NCBI GenBank assembly: GCA_030266365.1
Contig: JAJDHV010000020.1
Span: 1 to 25,232, forward strand
Direction: 5' to 3'
DNA: 25,232 bases
Source of the DNA: Synergistaceae bacterium OttesenSCG-928-I11
GTDB lineage: Bacteria > Synergistota > Synergistia > Synergistales > Synergistaceae
A program made the translations under genes and the position numbers. The notes under the pieces are model-generated. The model ran no database searches. It had not been told where the DNA came from and saw nothing but the letters and a program-made list of their open reading frames with translations. Positions within the stretch are counted from its first letter, which is position 1; the number at the start of each line of letters is the position of its first letter. Shown here one piece after another: positions 1 through 8,090 of this stretch.

Positions 1-1734
1 CGCCTGTCATGGGGCACTGTGCCTTTTGGTTCTTTGGGAAGGCCATGACGTCGCGGATGGACTTTGCGCCGCACATGAGCATGACGAGGCGGTCGAGTCC
101 GATCGCGATGCCGCCGTGGGGCGGTGTGCCGTACGAGAGGGCGTCGAGCAGGAAGCCGAAGCGCTCGCGTGCGGTCTCGGGCGAGATGCCGAGGGCCTCG
201 AAGGCCGTCGCCTGCATGAGCGGGTTGTGGATACGGATCGAACCGCCGCCGAGCTCCGTGCCGTTCAGGACGATGTCGTAGGCGCGCGAGCGGACGCTGC
301 CCGGGTCGCTGCGCAAGTTGTCGATGTCCGAATCCATCGGCGCGGTGAAGGGGTGGTGGACGGCCGACCAGCGGCGCTCGTCCTCGTCCCACTCGAAGAG
401 CGGGAACTCCGTGATCCAGACGAACTTCCAGCCGTCTGTGACGAGGCCGCGCGCGCGGGCGAGGTCGAGCCGGATCTGCCCGAGCATCTCGCAGGCCTTG
501 CGCCAGTTCTTGTCCGCCATGATGAAGAGAATGTCATCCGCGGTGAGGCCGGTCTTGTCGATGAGCGTCTTCTGGCGGTCATCGGCGAGGAACTTGACGA
601 GCGGGCCCTTGAGCGCGCCCTCCTTGATCGTGAAGTTCGCCATGCCGGCGCTGCCGAGCTCCTTGGCGCGGGCCTCCCAGTCGGAGATCTCCTTGCGGGA
701 GAGCGAGCCGCCGCCGGGGAGACGGAGCGCCTTGATGGCGCCGCCGTCCGCGATCAGGGCCTTGAACGGATTTTCGCCGTCTGCGAAGACCTCGGTCACG
801 TCGACGATCTCCATGTCGATGCGGAGGTCGGGTTTGTCGCTGCCGTAGCGCTCCATCGCCTCGTGCCAGGTCATGCGGGGCATGGGGGAGGGGATCTCGA
901 CGCCGATGACATCCTTGAAGAGGCCGATGAAGAACGGCTCCGTCAGGGACATGACGTCTTCCTCGGCGACGTAGCTCATCTCGATGTCGATCTGCGTGAA
1001 TTCCGGCTGGCGGTCGGCGCGCAGGTCCTCGTCGCGGAAGCACTTGGCGATCTGGATGTACTTGTCGCATCCGCTGATCATGAGGATCTGCTTGTAGATT
1101 TGCGGCGACTGGGGGAGCGCGTAGAACTCGCCGGGATTGACGCGGCTTGGTACGAGGTAGTCGCGCGCGCCCTCGGGCGTCGACTTGGTGAAGATCGGGG
1201 TCTCGACCTCGAGGAAGCCGTGCGCGTCGAAGTAGTTGCGCGTGTACTGCACCGTTCGGTGGCGCAGGCGGAGGTTGCGCTGCATCCCCTCGCGGCGGAG
1301 GTCGATGTAGCGATACTTCATGCGCAGGTCCTCGTTGACCTTGTCCGCCTCGTCCGGGTCGAACGGGGGGAGCTGCGAGGGGGAGAGGAGGATGAAGTCG
1401 CTGACCATCACCTCGACCTGCCCGGTCGGTATTGCCGGGTTCTCGGTGCCCTCCGGGCGCTTGCGCAATGTGCCGCGGACCGCCAGGACGTACTCGCTGC
1501 GGAGGTCCTTGGCGCGCGCGTGTACCTCGGGCGTCTCCTCCGGGTTGAGGACGATCTGCGTGACGCCCGTGTAGTCCCAGAGCTCGATGAAGATGATCCC
1601 GCCCAGATCGCGCCGTGCGCGGAGCCAGCCATTGAGGACGATGGGTTGCCCCGTGTGGTCGATCCTCGGTTCGCCGCACATCATGGTGCGCTGCCATTCT
1701 TTCGTGTATGCCGGTGTCGTCATTTCGCTCATTC
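1..1734 (-). CDS. aspS: aspartyl-tRNA synthetase, C-terminally truncated by window edge (N-terminus at 1734)
   Basis: Absent from the ORF track because it has no stop inside the window. Hand translation of the reverse complement from ATG at 1734..1732 gives [67 protein letters not shown]...[23 protein letters not shown]...[13 protein letters not shown]...[33 protein letters not shown]. This is a continuous class II AspRS signature with an OB-fold N-terminus, motif 2/3 and the GLDRLVML C-terminal motif. It lies directly downstream of hisS, the conserved hisS-aspS order. Confidence 0.9.
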
Positions 1735-1739
1735 CTTCT

Positions 1740-3020
1740 CTACTTGTGAGGGTTGCCCGTCAGGGCGACCGCGAGGTGCGCTGACGCGTCCTTGCGCGCA
1801 ACGGACTCCTGTTCGCCGGTCGTCATATCCTTGATGCCAACCGTGCCGGATTTGATCTCGTCCTCGCCGAGGATGCAGACGAAGCGCGCGCCGATCTGCG
1901 AGGCGAGCTTCATCTGCGCCTTCATGGCGCGGCCGGTGAAATCCATGTCCGCGGACAGGCCCGCGCTGCGCAGGTTGTGGACGAGGACGGCAGCGTCGGT
2001 GCTCGCCCCGGGCGTCGCCGTGACGACGAAGACGTCGGTCTTCGGGGCTTCGCCCGGGTAGGCGTTCTGCCCCTCCATCGTGATGACGATGCGCTCGATG
2101 CCGGATGCAAATCCGACGCCCGGCACATGCGGCCCGCCGATCGCCTCGGCGAGGTTGTCGTAGCGGCCGCCGCCGCACATGGCGTTCTGTGCGCCGAGTT
2201 CGCCCGCCAGAATCTCGTACGCGGTCTTCGTGTAGTAGTCGAGGCCGCGGACGAGGCGATTGTCGACGCGGACGTCCGCGCCAATGCGGTTCAGGCCGTC
2301 CGTGACGGTGTCGAAGTGTTCCCTGCACTCCTCGCAGAGCGAGTCGATCATCGACGGCGCGTTCTCCGTGAGCTCCTTGCAGCCCGGGTTCTTGCAGTCG
2401 AGCACGCGGAGCGGATTGCGGTCGAAGCGGTTCTGGCACGTCTCGCAGAAGTCGCCGAGGCGGTCTGCGATGAACTGCTTCAGCACTTCGCGGTAGACCG
2501 GGCGACACTTGGGGCAGCCGACCGAGTTGATGAGGACCTGGAGGTTCGAGAGGCCGAGCCTGCGGTAGATCTCCATCGACGTGTCGATCGTCTCGAGATC
2601 CGCGAGCGGGCTGGGCACGCCGATGATCTCGAAGTCGACCTGATAGAACTGGCGGTAGCGGCCCTTCTGCGGGCGCTCGTAGCGGAACATCGGGCCCCAC
2701 CCCCACAGTTTGAGCGGCTGGGGAAGTCGGTTCATGTCGTGCTCGACATAACTGCGCATCATGGATGCGGTCAACTCGGGGCGGAGGGTGATGCTGCGGT
2801 CGCCCTTGTCGAGGAACGTGTACATCTCCTTCTCGACGATGTCCGTCGCGTCCCCGATGCCGCGGCAGAAGAGCTCGGTATGCTCGAAGATCGGCAGCAG
2901 GATCTCCCTGAAACCGAAGTCGCGCGCGACCTCTCCGCAGACCTTGAGCACGTGTGCCCACTTCCACGACTCGTCGCCGAGTACGTCTCTTGTCCCCCTC
3001 GGGGCCTTGATCATTTCCAT
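1740..3020 (-). CDS. hisS: histidyl-tRNA synthetase
   Basis: 426-aa ORF starting [21 protein letters not shown], with HisRS motifs ([19 protein letters not shown]-terminal anticodon-binding domain). GAGGGG RBS lies 7 nt upstream of ATG 3020. The longer off-frame ORF 1729..3069 is an artifact. Confidence 0.95.
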   Translation of the reverse strand: MEMIKAPRGTRDVLGDESWKWAHVLKVCGEVARDFGFREILLPIFEHTELFCRGIGDATDIVEKEMYTFLDKGDRSITLRPELTASMMRSYVEHDMNRLPQPLKLWGWGPMFRYERPQKGRYRQFYQVDFEIIGVPSPLADLETIDTSMEIYRRLGLSNLQVLINSVGCPKCRPVYREVLKQFIADRLGDFCETCQNRFDRNPLRVLDCKNPGCKELTENAPSMIDSLCEECREHFDTVTDGLNRIGADVRVDNRLVRGLDYYTKTAYEILAGELGAQNAMCGGGRYDNLAEAIGGPHVPGVGFASGIERIVITMEGQNAYPGEAPKTDVFVVTATPGASTDAAVLVHNLRSAGLSADMDFTGRAMKAQMKLASQIGARFVCILGEDEIKSGTVGIKDMTTGEQESVARKDASAHLAVALTGNPHK

Positions 3021-3095
3021 GCGTTTCCCCTCTTCCGATGGTGAAGAAATATAAATTGTTTATATTCAAACGTTGCAGGCATGTATGTTATCACA

Positions 3096-3142
3096 AAACA
3101 GGCCGGATATGCAGCCTACAACGGCGCATATCCGGCCTGTTT
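3096..3142 (-). terminator. intrinsic terminator after spoVS (17-bp perfect stem AAACAGGCCGGATATGC / GCATATCCGGCCTGTTT, 13-nt loop)
   Basis: Perfect inverted repeat read directly in the sequence. On the minus strand it is followed by TTTTGTGAT, and on the plus strand by TTTTGAAAAAAA. It sits 20 nt after the spoVS stop and about 75 nt upstream of hisS. Confidence 0.7.
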
Positions 3143-3162
3143 TGAAAAAAATGTGCTTTATA

Positions 3163-3423
3163 TCAACGGGAGCAGACGTGCAGTTTGATCGCGGTCTTTT
3201 CTTCGTCGCCCAGCATAATTTTTGTGAACGCGGGGATACAGATCGGTTCGATGTCGTTTGCGGCGACATACGCGCGCGCGATGGCGATGGACTTGACGGC
3301 CTGGTTGACCGCACCGGCACCGATGGCCTGAATCTCGACACTCCCGTTGTTTCGCAGGACCGCTGCAATGGCGCCCGCGACCGATTTCGGATTGGAGGTG
3401 GACGAAATTCTCAGGATTTCCAT
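3163..3423 (-). CDS. spoVS: stage V sporulation protein S
   Basis: 86-aa protein MEILRISSTSNPKSVAGAIAAVLRNNGSVEIQAIGAGAVNQAVKSIAIARAYVA...ICIPAFTKI..GDEEKTAIKL. It is collinear with and near-identical in pattern to B. subtilis SpoVS (86 aa, recalled from memory). AGGAGG RBS lies 8 nt upstream. Confidence 0.9.
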   Translation of the reverse strand: MEILRISSTSNPKSVAGAIAAVLRNNGSVEIQAIGAGAVNQAVKSIAIARAYVAANDIEPICIPAFTKIMLGDEEKTAIKLHVCSR

Positions 3424-3525
3424 GTGCGCTACCTCCTGTCGTCAACAGGCTTACGCTGTACCGGTCCATTCGTGCCGAGGCAAAACGCTCACGCCCGCAT
3501 CGCCAAACGCTTGCGGTGCGATTCG

Positions 3526-3554
3526 ATCATATAATTTTTGGTCTATTTTGGCAA
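3526..3554 (-). promoter_or_regulatory. candidate sigma-A-type promoter for spoVS (-35 TTGCCA, 17-nt spacer, -10 TATGAT on minus strand)
   Basis: Read on the minus strand: TTGCCAaaatagaccaaaaattaTATGAT. It lies about 100 nt upstream of the spoVS ATG. B. subtilis spoVS is sigma-H dependent, so the sigma assignment is uncertain. Confidence 0.3.
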
Positions 3555-3625
3555 GTTGGAAACGTGTTTTTGTCCAGGGCCGCGGGCGGGGAAAAATTTT
3601 TCGACGGGGGCATGCGATACAAAAA

Positions 3626-3648
3626 GAACCCCGAATATTTCGGGGTTC
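3626..3648 (-). terminator. intrinsic terminator (GAACCCCG / CGGGGTTC stem, 7-nt loop) followed on minus strand by CTTTTTGTAT
   Basis: Perfect 8-bp GC-rich stem with a U-tract on the minus strand. It lies 6 nt after the stop of the 3654..3965 gene. Confidence 0.7.
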
Positions 3649-3653
3649 GATCG

Positions 3654-3965
3654 TTATTTGCTCAACTCCGCCCTCGCCATCGCGATGGCCTCCTGGGACT
3701 CCTTGATCCATTTTTCCCGCTTTTCGGGCGCAACGGCCTTGCCCTTGGGGTCGTTCAGCAGAAAATCCAATTTTTTTTCCTGAATCTTCAGCCACTCCGT
3801 CATTTTCTTGACGTGCTCCTCGTCGTCGCGAAAGCTCGTAAATTCCGCGTCATGCTCCTTCACAAAAGCCCTGCTCACTTCGCCATCCACTCCATCTTGT
3901 ATGATAATTGAAGCCGGGTCGGAATCGCACGGAACAAGAATATCAGATAACCGAGGGAATGTCAT
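3654..3965 (-). CDS. hypothetical protein (103 aa, acidic N-terminus, Lys/Glu-rich helical C-terminus)
   Basis: Clean ORF bracketed by its own terminator. The start is uncertain because GGTGG abuts the ATG with no spacer. I recognise no family. Confidence 0.45.
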   Translation of the reverse strand: MTFPRLSDILVPCDSDPASIIIQDGVDGEVSRAFVKEHDAEFTSFRDDEEHVKKMTEWLKIQEKKLDFLLNDPKGKAVAPEKREKWIKESQEAIAMARAELSK

Positions 3966-4074
3966 CCACCGCTGTGTAAACCATGTAAATGCCCATTTCG
4001 TGCTTCAAGGCCGATTTATGCGTTCGATTGCCGCCGGTCAATCGCTTATGATGTCGCGTCGATAAAGCGCGAGA

Positions 4075-4530
4075 TCAATCGGCAAAAAATTCGTGAAAGC
4101 CCGGTTCCATCTCCTGAAGCCGGATCATCAATTGCTCCAGCGTGATCGAGGCCATTTTCAGGCGCACTGCTTCGCCGATCTCCGCGTAAGGCTCTGTCAG
4201 CAAGTTGGCGATGTTCCTGCCAAAGAGGCACTGCGGCGCAGGGTGCTCGTGTACCCCGACCAGTTCGTCTAGGGACGCGGAATCCACCGCGTTGTAAACC
4301 TCCAGAAGCGTGATGTCCGCCGGTTTTTTTTTCAGCACCGCGCCGCCTGGGCCGCGGGCGACGTCGATGATGCCCGCCTTCTTCAGGCTGCTGAGCAGTT
4401 TGCGGATTTCCACCGGGTTGTTGCCCACGCTGGAGGCGAGAAATTCGCTCGTGATCTTGTAATCGGAAGGCAGCATGGCGATCATCAAGAGCACATGAAT
4501 CGCCGAGGAACACTTGACGCTGATCCGCAT
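4075..4530 (-). CDS. Rrf2 (BadM/IscR/NsrR) family transcriptional regulator
   Basis: MRISVKCSSAIHVLLMIAML...VGNNPVEIRKLLSSLKKAGII is a typical Rrf2 N-terminal wHTH. Start chosen at the second Met (4530) because GGAGGTGAGG lies 6 nt upstream of it. Confidence 0.85.
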   Translation of the reverse strand: MRISVKCSSAIHVLLMIAMLPSDYKITSEFLASSVGNNPVEIRKLLSSLKKAGIIDVARGPGGAVLKKKPADITLLEVYNAVDSASLDELVGVHEHPAPQCLFGRNIANLLTEPYAEIGEAVRLKMASITLEQLMIRLQEMEPGFHEFFAD

Positions 4531-4543
4531 TCGCCTCACCTCC

Positions 4544-4620
4544 ATGTAGAGTTTATCAAATATTTATACGAATTCAAGATGTAGGTATTGACTCTACATT
4601 ATTGCGTGATAGAATGTAGA
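4544..4620. promoter_or_regulatory. Rrf2/cupin divergent control region with four copies of half-site ATGTAGA arranged as two nested palindromes
   Basis: ATGTAGA at 4544-4550; ATGTAG at 4579-4584; CTACAT at 4594-4599 (6-bp arms, 9-nt spacer); TCTACATT at 4593-4600 paired with AATGTAGA at 4613-4620 (8-bp perfect arms, 12-nt spacer). These lie between divergent Rrf2 (minus) and cupin (plus) genes. Confidence 0.5.
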
Positions 4621-4661
4621 TATTCAAGTTACATCAAATTTATCCGATGGAGGGAAAAGCA

Positions 4662-5066
4662 ATGGCAAAAAATTACGCAGTGATGAACCTCGGCACGTTT
4701 CAACAGGATTTGGCGGTAAAAGGCAGGGTGATGGCGGGGGCGGATCTGGGGCTTACCGGCTGCGAAATATCCTTCAACCATACGCCCGCGGGGCAGTTCA
4801 CCCCGTTCGTGCACACCCACAAACTGAACGAAGAGGTTTATATCGTGATCGCCGGAAAGGGTGCATTCATGGTGGACGGCGAGGAGTTCGCCATCCGGGA
4901 GGGGAGCGTCATCCGCGTCGCCCCGGCGGGCGAAAGGGCGATCAAGGCCGGGCCCGACGGGTTGACGCATATTTGTATCCAGGCGCAGGCAGGCAGCCTG
5001 ACCCAGGCAACGAGAGACGACGGTGTAATCAGCGAGTCGAAGGCGTCCTGGATGAAGGAAGCTTAA
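4662..5066 (+). CDS. cupin-domain protein
   Basis: Cupin motifs (G..SFNHTP.G.....HTH....E.YIV..G.G...VDGEE, then ..G..IRV.P). GGAGGG RBS at 4650-4655 places the start at ATG 4662 (MAKNYAV), not the ORF-track 4647. Confidence 0.8.
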   Translation: MAKNYAVMNLGTFQQDLAVKGRVMAGADLGLTGCEISFNHTPAGQFTPFVHTHKLNEEVYIVIAGKGAFMVDGEEFAIREGSVIRVAPAGERAIKAGPDGLTHICIQAQAGSLTQATRDDGVISESKASWMKEA

Positions 5067-5100
5067 GGTTTCCGGCAAGCACTTTTTTACGACGTTGTGT

Positions 5101-5143
5101 GGAAGTCGGCCCGAATGCCAGGGGCCGACTTCCACTTTTTATT
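5101..5143 (+). terminator. intrinsic terminator after cupin gene (12-bp stem GGAAGTCGGCCC / GGGCCGACTTCC, then ACTTTTTATT)
   Basis: Perfect 12-bp stem with a U-tract on the plus strand. Confidence 0.75.
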
Positions 5144-5170
5144 CACCGCCTGGGAGTTGGATCTTGTTGT

Positions 5171-5266
5171 TTACTTCAATCTTGAGGTTGAGCCGATGCG
5201 CTCGTAATAGCGCAGTGTATCGGCGGATCGATCGAACAGTTTGCTGACCTCGGCAATCGTTGTCAT
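5171..5266 (-). pseudogene. MerR-family HTH remnant (31 codons: MTTIAEVSKLFDRSADTLRYYERIGSTSRLK*)
   Basis: Hand translation of the minus strand from ATG 5266. It matches the MerR N-terminal helix-turn-helix signature (..IGEV.KL...S..TLRYYE.IGL) and then hits a stop. The downstream frames do not continue a MerR effector domain. Confidence 0.3.
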
Positions 5267-5365
5267 TCTTTTTGCCTCGATTCTTCAATCCGCCATCCCG
5301 ATGTTTTTCAACCAGGAGGCGATTTCGTTCTTGGAGTCCGCGGCAAGCCAAGTGTCTCGATAAAA

Positions 5366-6541
5366 TTATTCTCCGAAGATCGCAGTGGCTCGCTTCATGC
5401 GATCGATCACGTTCACTGAAAACGGGCAGCGTTGTTCGCAGTTTCCGCAGGCGACGCAGTCGGAGGCGTGCGCGCCGAGCGAACGATAATGCTGCCGCAG
5501 GCTCGGCGGAATTTTTTGTTCATTTTGCCCGCCCTCTTGATCCAGCAGGGCGATGTCCAGATATTTGTTGACTGCCGCGATGTCGATGTCGGCCGGACAG
5601 GGGAGACAGTGGTTGCAGTAGACGCAGCTTCCCTTGAATCCGCCGCGCCCGTCCTCGCGGAACGAGCTGATCGCCTCGGTGTAATCGCGTTCGGCGTCGC
5701 TCGCCTCCAGGTACGATACCGCGGCCTCGACCTCTTCCACGGAGTCGTAGCCGACGAGCGCGCTCGCGACGGCGGGCCGGGTCAGCGCGTAGTGGACGCA
5801 TTGTGCGACCGTCAGGGGTTTTGCAAAGGGCGTGTGGTCCGGCGACAGCAGCTTGCCTGCGCCCAGCGGCTTCATTACCGTGATGCCGACGCCACTGCTC
5901 TGGCATAGCCGGTACAACTCGGCCCGCTTGGGGTCGATCGTCGTGACGTGGGCGGTGAACTGGTCGCCCAGCATCTCATTGATATCGGCGTTGCCCGGCA
6001 TCATGTCGAAAGCGGGGTTGATGCTGAACATGAGCATTTCGACCAATCCCTCCTCCACGAGACGCCGGGCCGTCTCCGGGTTGTGCGTGCTCGCGCCGAT
6101 CGCGCGCACACGCCCTTCGCGCTTCAGGCGCTGCGCGTATTCCACGATGCCGTTGTCGATCATGGCGTCGATGGCCTCGTGCGTATCCATAAAAAACAGC
6201 ATCCCGAAATCGATGTAGTCGGTCTGCAAAAAACGCAGCAGATCTTCGAAGTATCGTTTGCACTCCTTCAAATCGCGGCTGACGTCGAACTGTTCCCGCA
6301 GATCGACGGAGCCGATTGCCCCCTGGATCGACATTTTCTCGCGCCGCCCGCGCAAGGCGTGCCCGATGTTCGTGCGGACGTATTCGCCCGGCATGAAGAG
6401 GTCCATGATATTGATGCCGCGGTCCACTGCGGCGGATATGACCTCTTCCACGAACGTGCGCGGTTTGTCGAACAAATGCTCGCTGCCGAGCCCGATCACG
6501 CTGGCCTCGATTCCCGTGTTCCCGACGTAACGATATTCCAT
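5366..6541 (-). CDS. aldo/keto reductase fused to a C-terminal 4Fe-4S ferredoxin domain (Fe-S oxidoreductase)
   Basis: AKR N-terminus (MEYRYVGNTGIEASVIGLGSEH, ...RAIGASTHN...) and C-terminal CVYCNHCLPCP ... CVACGNCEQRCP (2x CxxCxxCxxxCP). GGAGG lies 7 nt upstream of ATG 6541, so the ORF-track start at 6604 is an overextension. Confidence 0.85.
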   Translation of the reverse strand: MEYRYVGNTGIEASVIGLGSEHLFDKPRTFVEEVISAAVDRGINIMDLFMPGEYVRTNIGHALRGRREKMSIQGAIGSVDLREQFDVSRDLKECKRYFEDLLRFLQTDYIDFGMLFFMDTHEAIDAMIDNGIVEYAQRLKREGRVRAIGASTHNPETARRLVEEGLVEMLMFSINPAFDMMPGNADINEMLGDQFTAHVTTIDPKRAELYRLCQSSGVGITVMKPLGAGKLLSPDHTPFAKPLTVAQCVHYALTRPAVASALVGYDSVEEVEAAVSYLEASDAERDYTEAISSFREDGRGGFKGSCVYCNHCLPCPADIDIAAVNKYLDIALLDQEGGQNEQKIPPSLRQHYRSLGAHASDCVACGNCEQRCPFSVNVIDRMKRATAIFGE

Positions 6542-6625
6542 CTCATGCCTCCGGATTCGCAATGCCGCACTGTATGCGACCGCGTTTTTTGTTTGGGTCA
6601 GCAAGGAGACCTTATCACTTGGAGT

Positions 6626-7210
6626 TCACTCCAAGTCAAGCCGCTTCCCAAAGCTGTAAGCCTCTTTCAAACGCCCGGTCTCCTCGATGCACCTTTTCGT
6701 CGGGGAACCGCCGCAACCGCCAACCAACACCATGCCTTTGTCATGCCAGCCGAGATAGTTGACGCAGTTGAAGCGATAGTAGGAAACGGCCTGTTCGAAC
6801 GTCCAGAAAAGATCGTCGGCTGCGGTCATCAGGAGAGCGCAATCCTTTTCGGCGTGTTTCTCGTACCTGCCCTTCGGCGGGTTGTCGTCCTCCTCCGCGA
6901 CGGCGTAAAGGCGTTCCAGAAATGCTTTCAGTCGAGCGGAAATCGTCCAGAAGTAGAGCGGCGACGCCAGGACGACCATGTCGGATTTCGCGTACAGCGG
7001 GTAGATGTCCTGCATGCCGTCCTTCTGCACGCAGGGTTTTCCCCATCGACAGGCGTTGCAGCCGATACAGCCGTTTATCGTCTTGTCGCCGAGAAACATC
7101 TTCGTCACGGAATGCCCCGCTTCGCTTGCCCCTTTGATAAAGGCATCCGCAAGCTTATCGGTGTTGCAGTTTTTCAGGCCGCTGCCGACGATGACCAAAA
7201 TATTTTTCAT
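6626..7210 (-). CDS. iron-sulfur flavoprotein (Isf)-like flavodoxin-fold NAD(P)H-dependent FMN reductase
   Basis: MKNILVIVGSGLKN...LASPLYFW is a flavodoxin-like FMN fold. It also has the compact Cys cluster GCIGCNACRWGKPC (C-x2-C-x2-C-x5-C) typical of Isf-family proteins. Confidence 0.8.
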   Translation of the reverse strand: MKNILVIVGSGLKNCNTDKLADAFIKGASEAGHSVTKMFLGDKTINGCIGCNACRWGKPCVQKDGMQDIYPLYAKSDMVVLASPLYFWTISARLKAFLERLYAVAEEDDNPPKGRYEKHAEKDCALLMTAADDLFWTFEQAVSYYRFNCVNYLGWHDKGMVLVGGCGGSPTKRCIEETGRLKEAYSFGKRLDLE

Positions 7211-7521
7211 GGCGTCGGCTCAATGGCTTCGAGCTTGAAAATGACGGGGCGCAGGCCGTCGTTACAGCTATTGATGGCGATGTTGCGTTTTTCTATCCAC
7301 TCTGTCCAGAAACCGTCCGCCCCGTGCGCAAGCGCGAAAGCGTATTTGCCGAACGCCGTCCACGCCTCGTCGCACAGCCCCTCCGGCTGTTTGCCAGCTT
7401 CAGAGAGAAAAACCTGCCCGGGCTTATGAAAAGGACAGGCCTCTAATGTCGGATTCCCATACTCCTTCGCAAGTTCTTCGTCGAGCGTCGATTTCAAAAC
7501 CGTGATTTTCACGTCTCTCAT
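7207..7521 (-). CDS. small Cys-containing protein of unknown function (approx. 104 aa, probably TIGR04076-like; paralog of 13680..13946)
   Basis: MRDVKITVLKS...CPFHKPGQVF...LCDEAW...ALAHGADGFW...INSCNDGLRPVIFKLE. AGGGAGGA RBS lies 9 nt upstream of ATG 7521. A 4-nt ATGA overlap with the downstream Isf gene suggests translational coupling. The family name is from memory. Confidence 0.65.
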   Translation of the reverse strand: MRDVKITVLKSTLDEELAKEYGNPTLEACPFHKPGQVFLSEAGKQPEGLCDEAWTAFGKYAFALAHGADGFWTEWIEKRNIAINSCNDGLRPVIFKLEAIEPTP

Positions 7522-7609
7522 AATACAATTTCCTCCCTCTGTTGAGCGACTCACGTTGCCATTTGCTTCATCAGGAGTATATAATTTTCATAAACAGATT
7601 TACAAGTAT

Positions 7610-7636
7610 GCACTTTTTTGACGCATACTTTCATAA
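7610..7636. promoter_or_regulatory. copy A of conserved 27-nt palindromic element AAGTATGC-acttttttgac-GCATACTT
   Basis: Perfect 8-bp inverted arms with an 11-nt spacer. It lies 20 nt upstream of the HxlR-type regulator ATG. It overlaps the -35 (TTGTAA) of a candidate minus-strand promoter for the 7521 operon. A plus-strand TTGCCA-N16-TATATAAT promoter lies just upstream at 7568-7595. A near-identical copy sits at 11994..12020. Confidence 0.55.
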
Positions 7637-7656
7637 AGGAAAGTGTCGTTATGAGT

Positions 7657-8016
7657 ATGAAGGGTTACGAGGGCAAGATCTCCAACATCGCGGACACGCC
7701 GTTCGGCTACACGCTCTCCCTGATCGGCGGCAAGTGGAAGATGGTTATCATGTATTGCCTCATCGAGTGTGGCGTCGTCCGTTACAACGAGTTGCAGCGG
7801 ATGATCGGAACGATTACATACAAGACCCTCAGTGCGCAGTTGAAGGAGTTGGAGGAGGGTGGTCTCGTGTCACGGACGGAATATCCACAGATTCCGCCGA
7901 AGGTGGAATACAGTCTGTCCGAGGACGGTAAATCGCTGATCCCCATCTTGGAGGCCATGTGCGAGTGGGGCGTGGATCACCAGCCGAAGAGGGCAAGGAA
8001 GAATACGCGAAAGTGA
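7657..8016 (+). CDS. HxlR-family (MarR-like wHTH) transcriptional regulator
   Basis: ...FGYTLSLIGGKWKMVIMYCLIECGVVRYNELQRMIGTITYKTLSAQLKELEEGGLVSRTEYPQIPPKVEYSLSEDG is the classic HxlR/YodB-type signature. AAAGGAAAG RBS places the start at ATG 7657. Confidence 0.85.
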   Translation: MKGYEGKISNIADTPFGYTLSLIGGKWKMVIMYCLIECGVVRYNELQRMIGTITYKTLSAQLKELEEGGLVSRTEYPQIPPKVEYSLSEDGKSLIPILEAMCEWGVDHQPKRARKNTRK

Positions 8017-8045
8017 AGGCCCCAGATGATCGAGCCATGATACGG

Positions 8046-8090
8046 CGCCGGGGCGCACGCTAAAATCGCGTGCGCCCCGGCGTTTTTCTT
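8046..8090 (+). terminator. intrinsic terminator (15-bp stem CGCCGGGGCGCACGC / GCGTGCGCCCCGGCG, loop taaaatc, then TTTTTCTT); likely bidirectional for convergent MCP gene
   Basis: Perfect GC-rich stem followed by a U-tract, lying between the hxlR-like stop (8016) and the MCP stop (8090). Confidence 0.8.

Noticed and set aside
579-1697. 372-aa minus-strand ORF (R/P/G-rich)
   Set aside because: Wrong frame of the aspS strand; arginine/proline-rich nonsense. The true aspS frame is open from 1734 to the window edge.
26-1834. 602-aa plus-strand ORF
   Set aside because: It is antisense to a convincing AspRS reading frame. Its A/R/G/D/E/L/V-rich composition with no family motifs is typical of an antisense frame in high-GC DNA.
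1729-3069. 446-aa minus ORF overlapping hisS
   Set aside because: Off-frame relative to the hisS frame that carries the [10 protein letters not shown] and class II motifs. Low-complexity R/P/G-rich product.
5948-7429. 493-aa plus ORF
   Set aside because: Antisense to the AKR::ferredoxin, Isf-like and small-protein genes, all of which have clear family signatures and RBSs.
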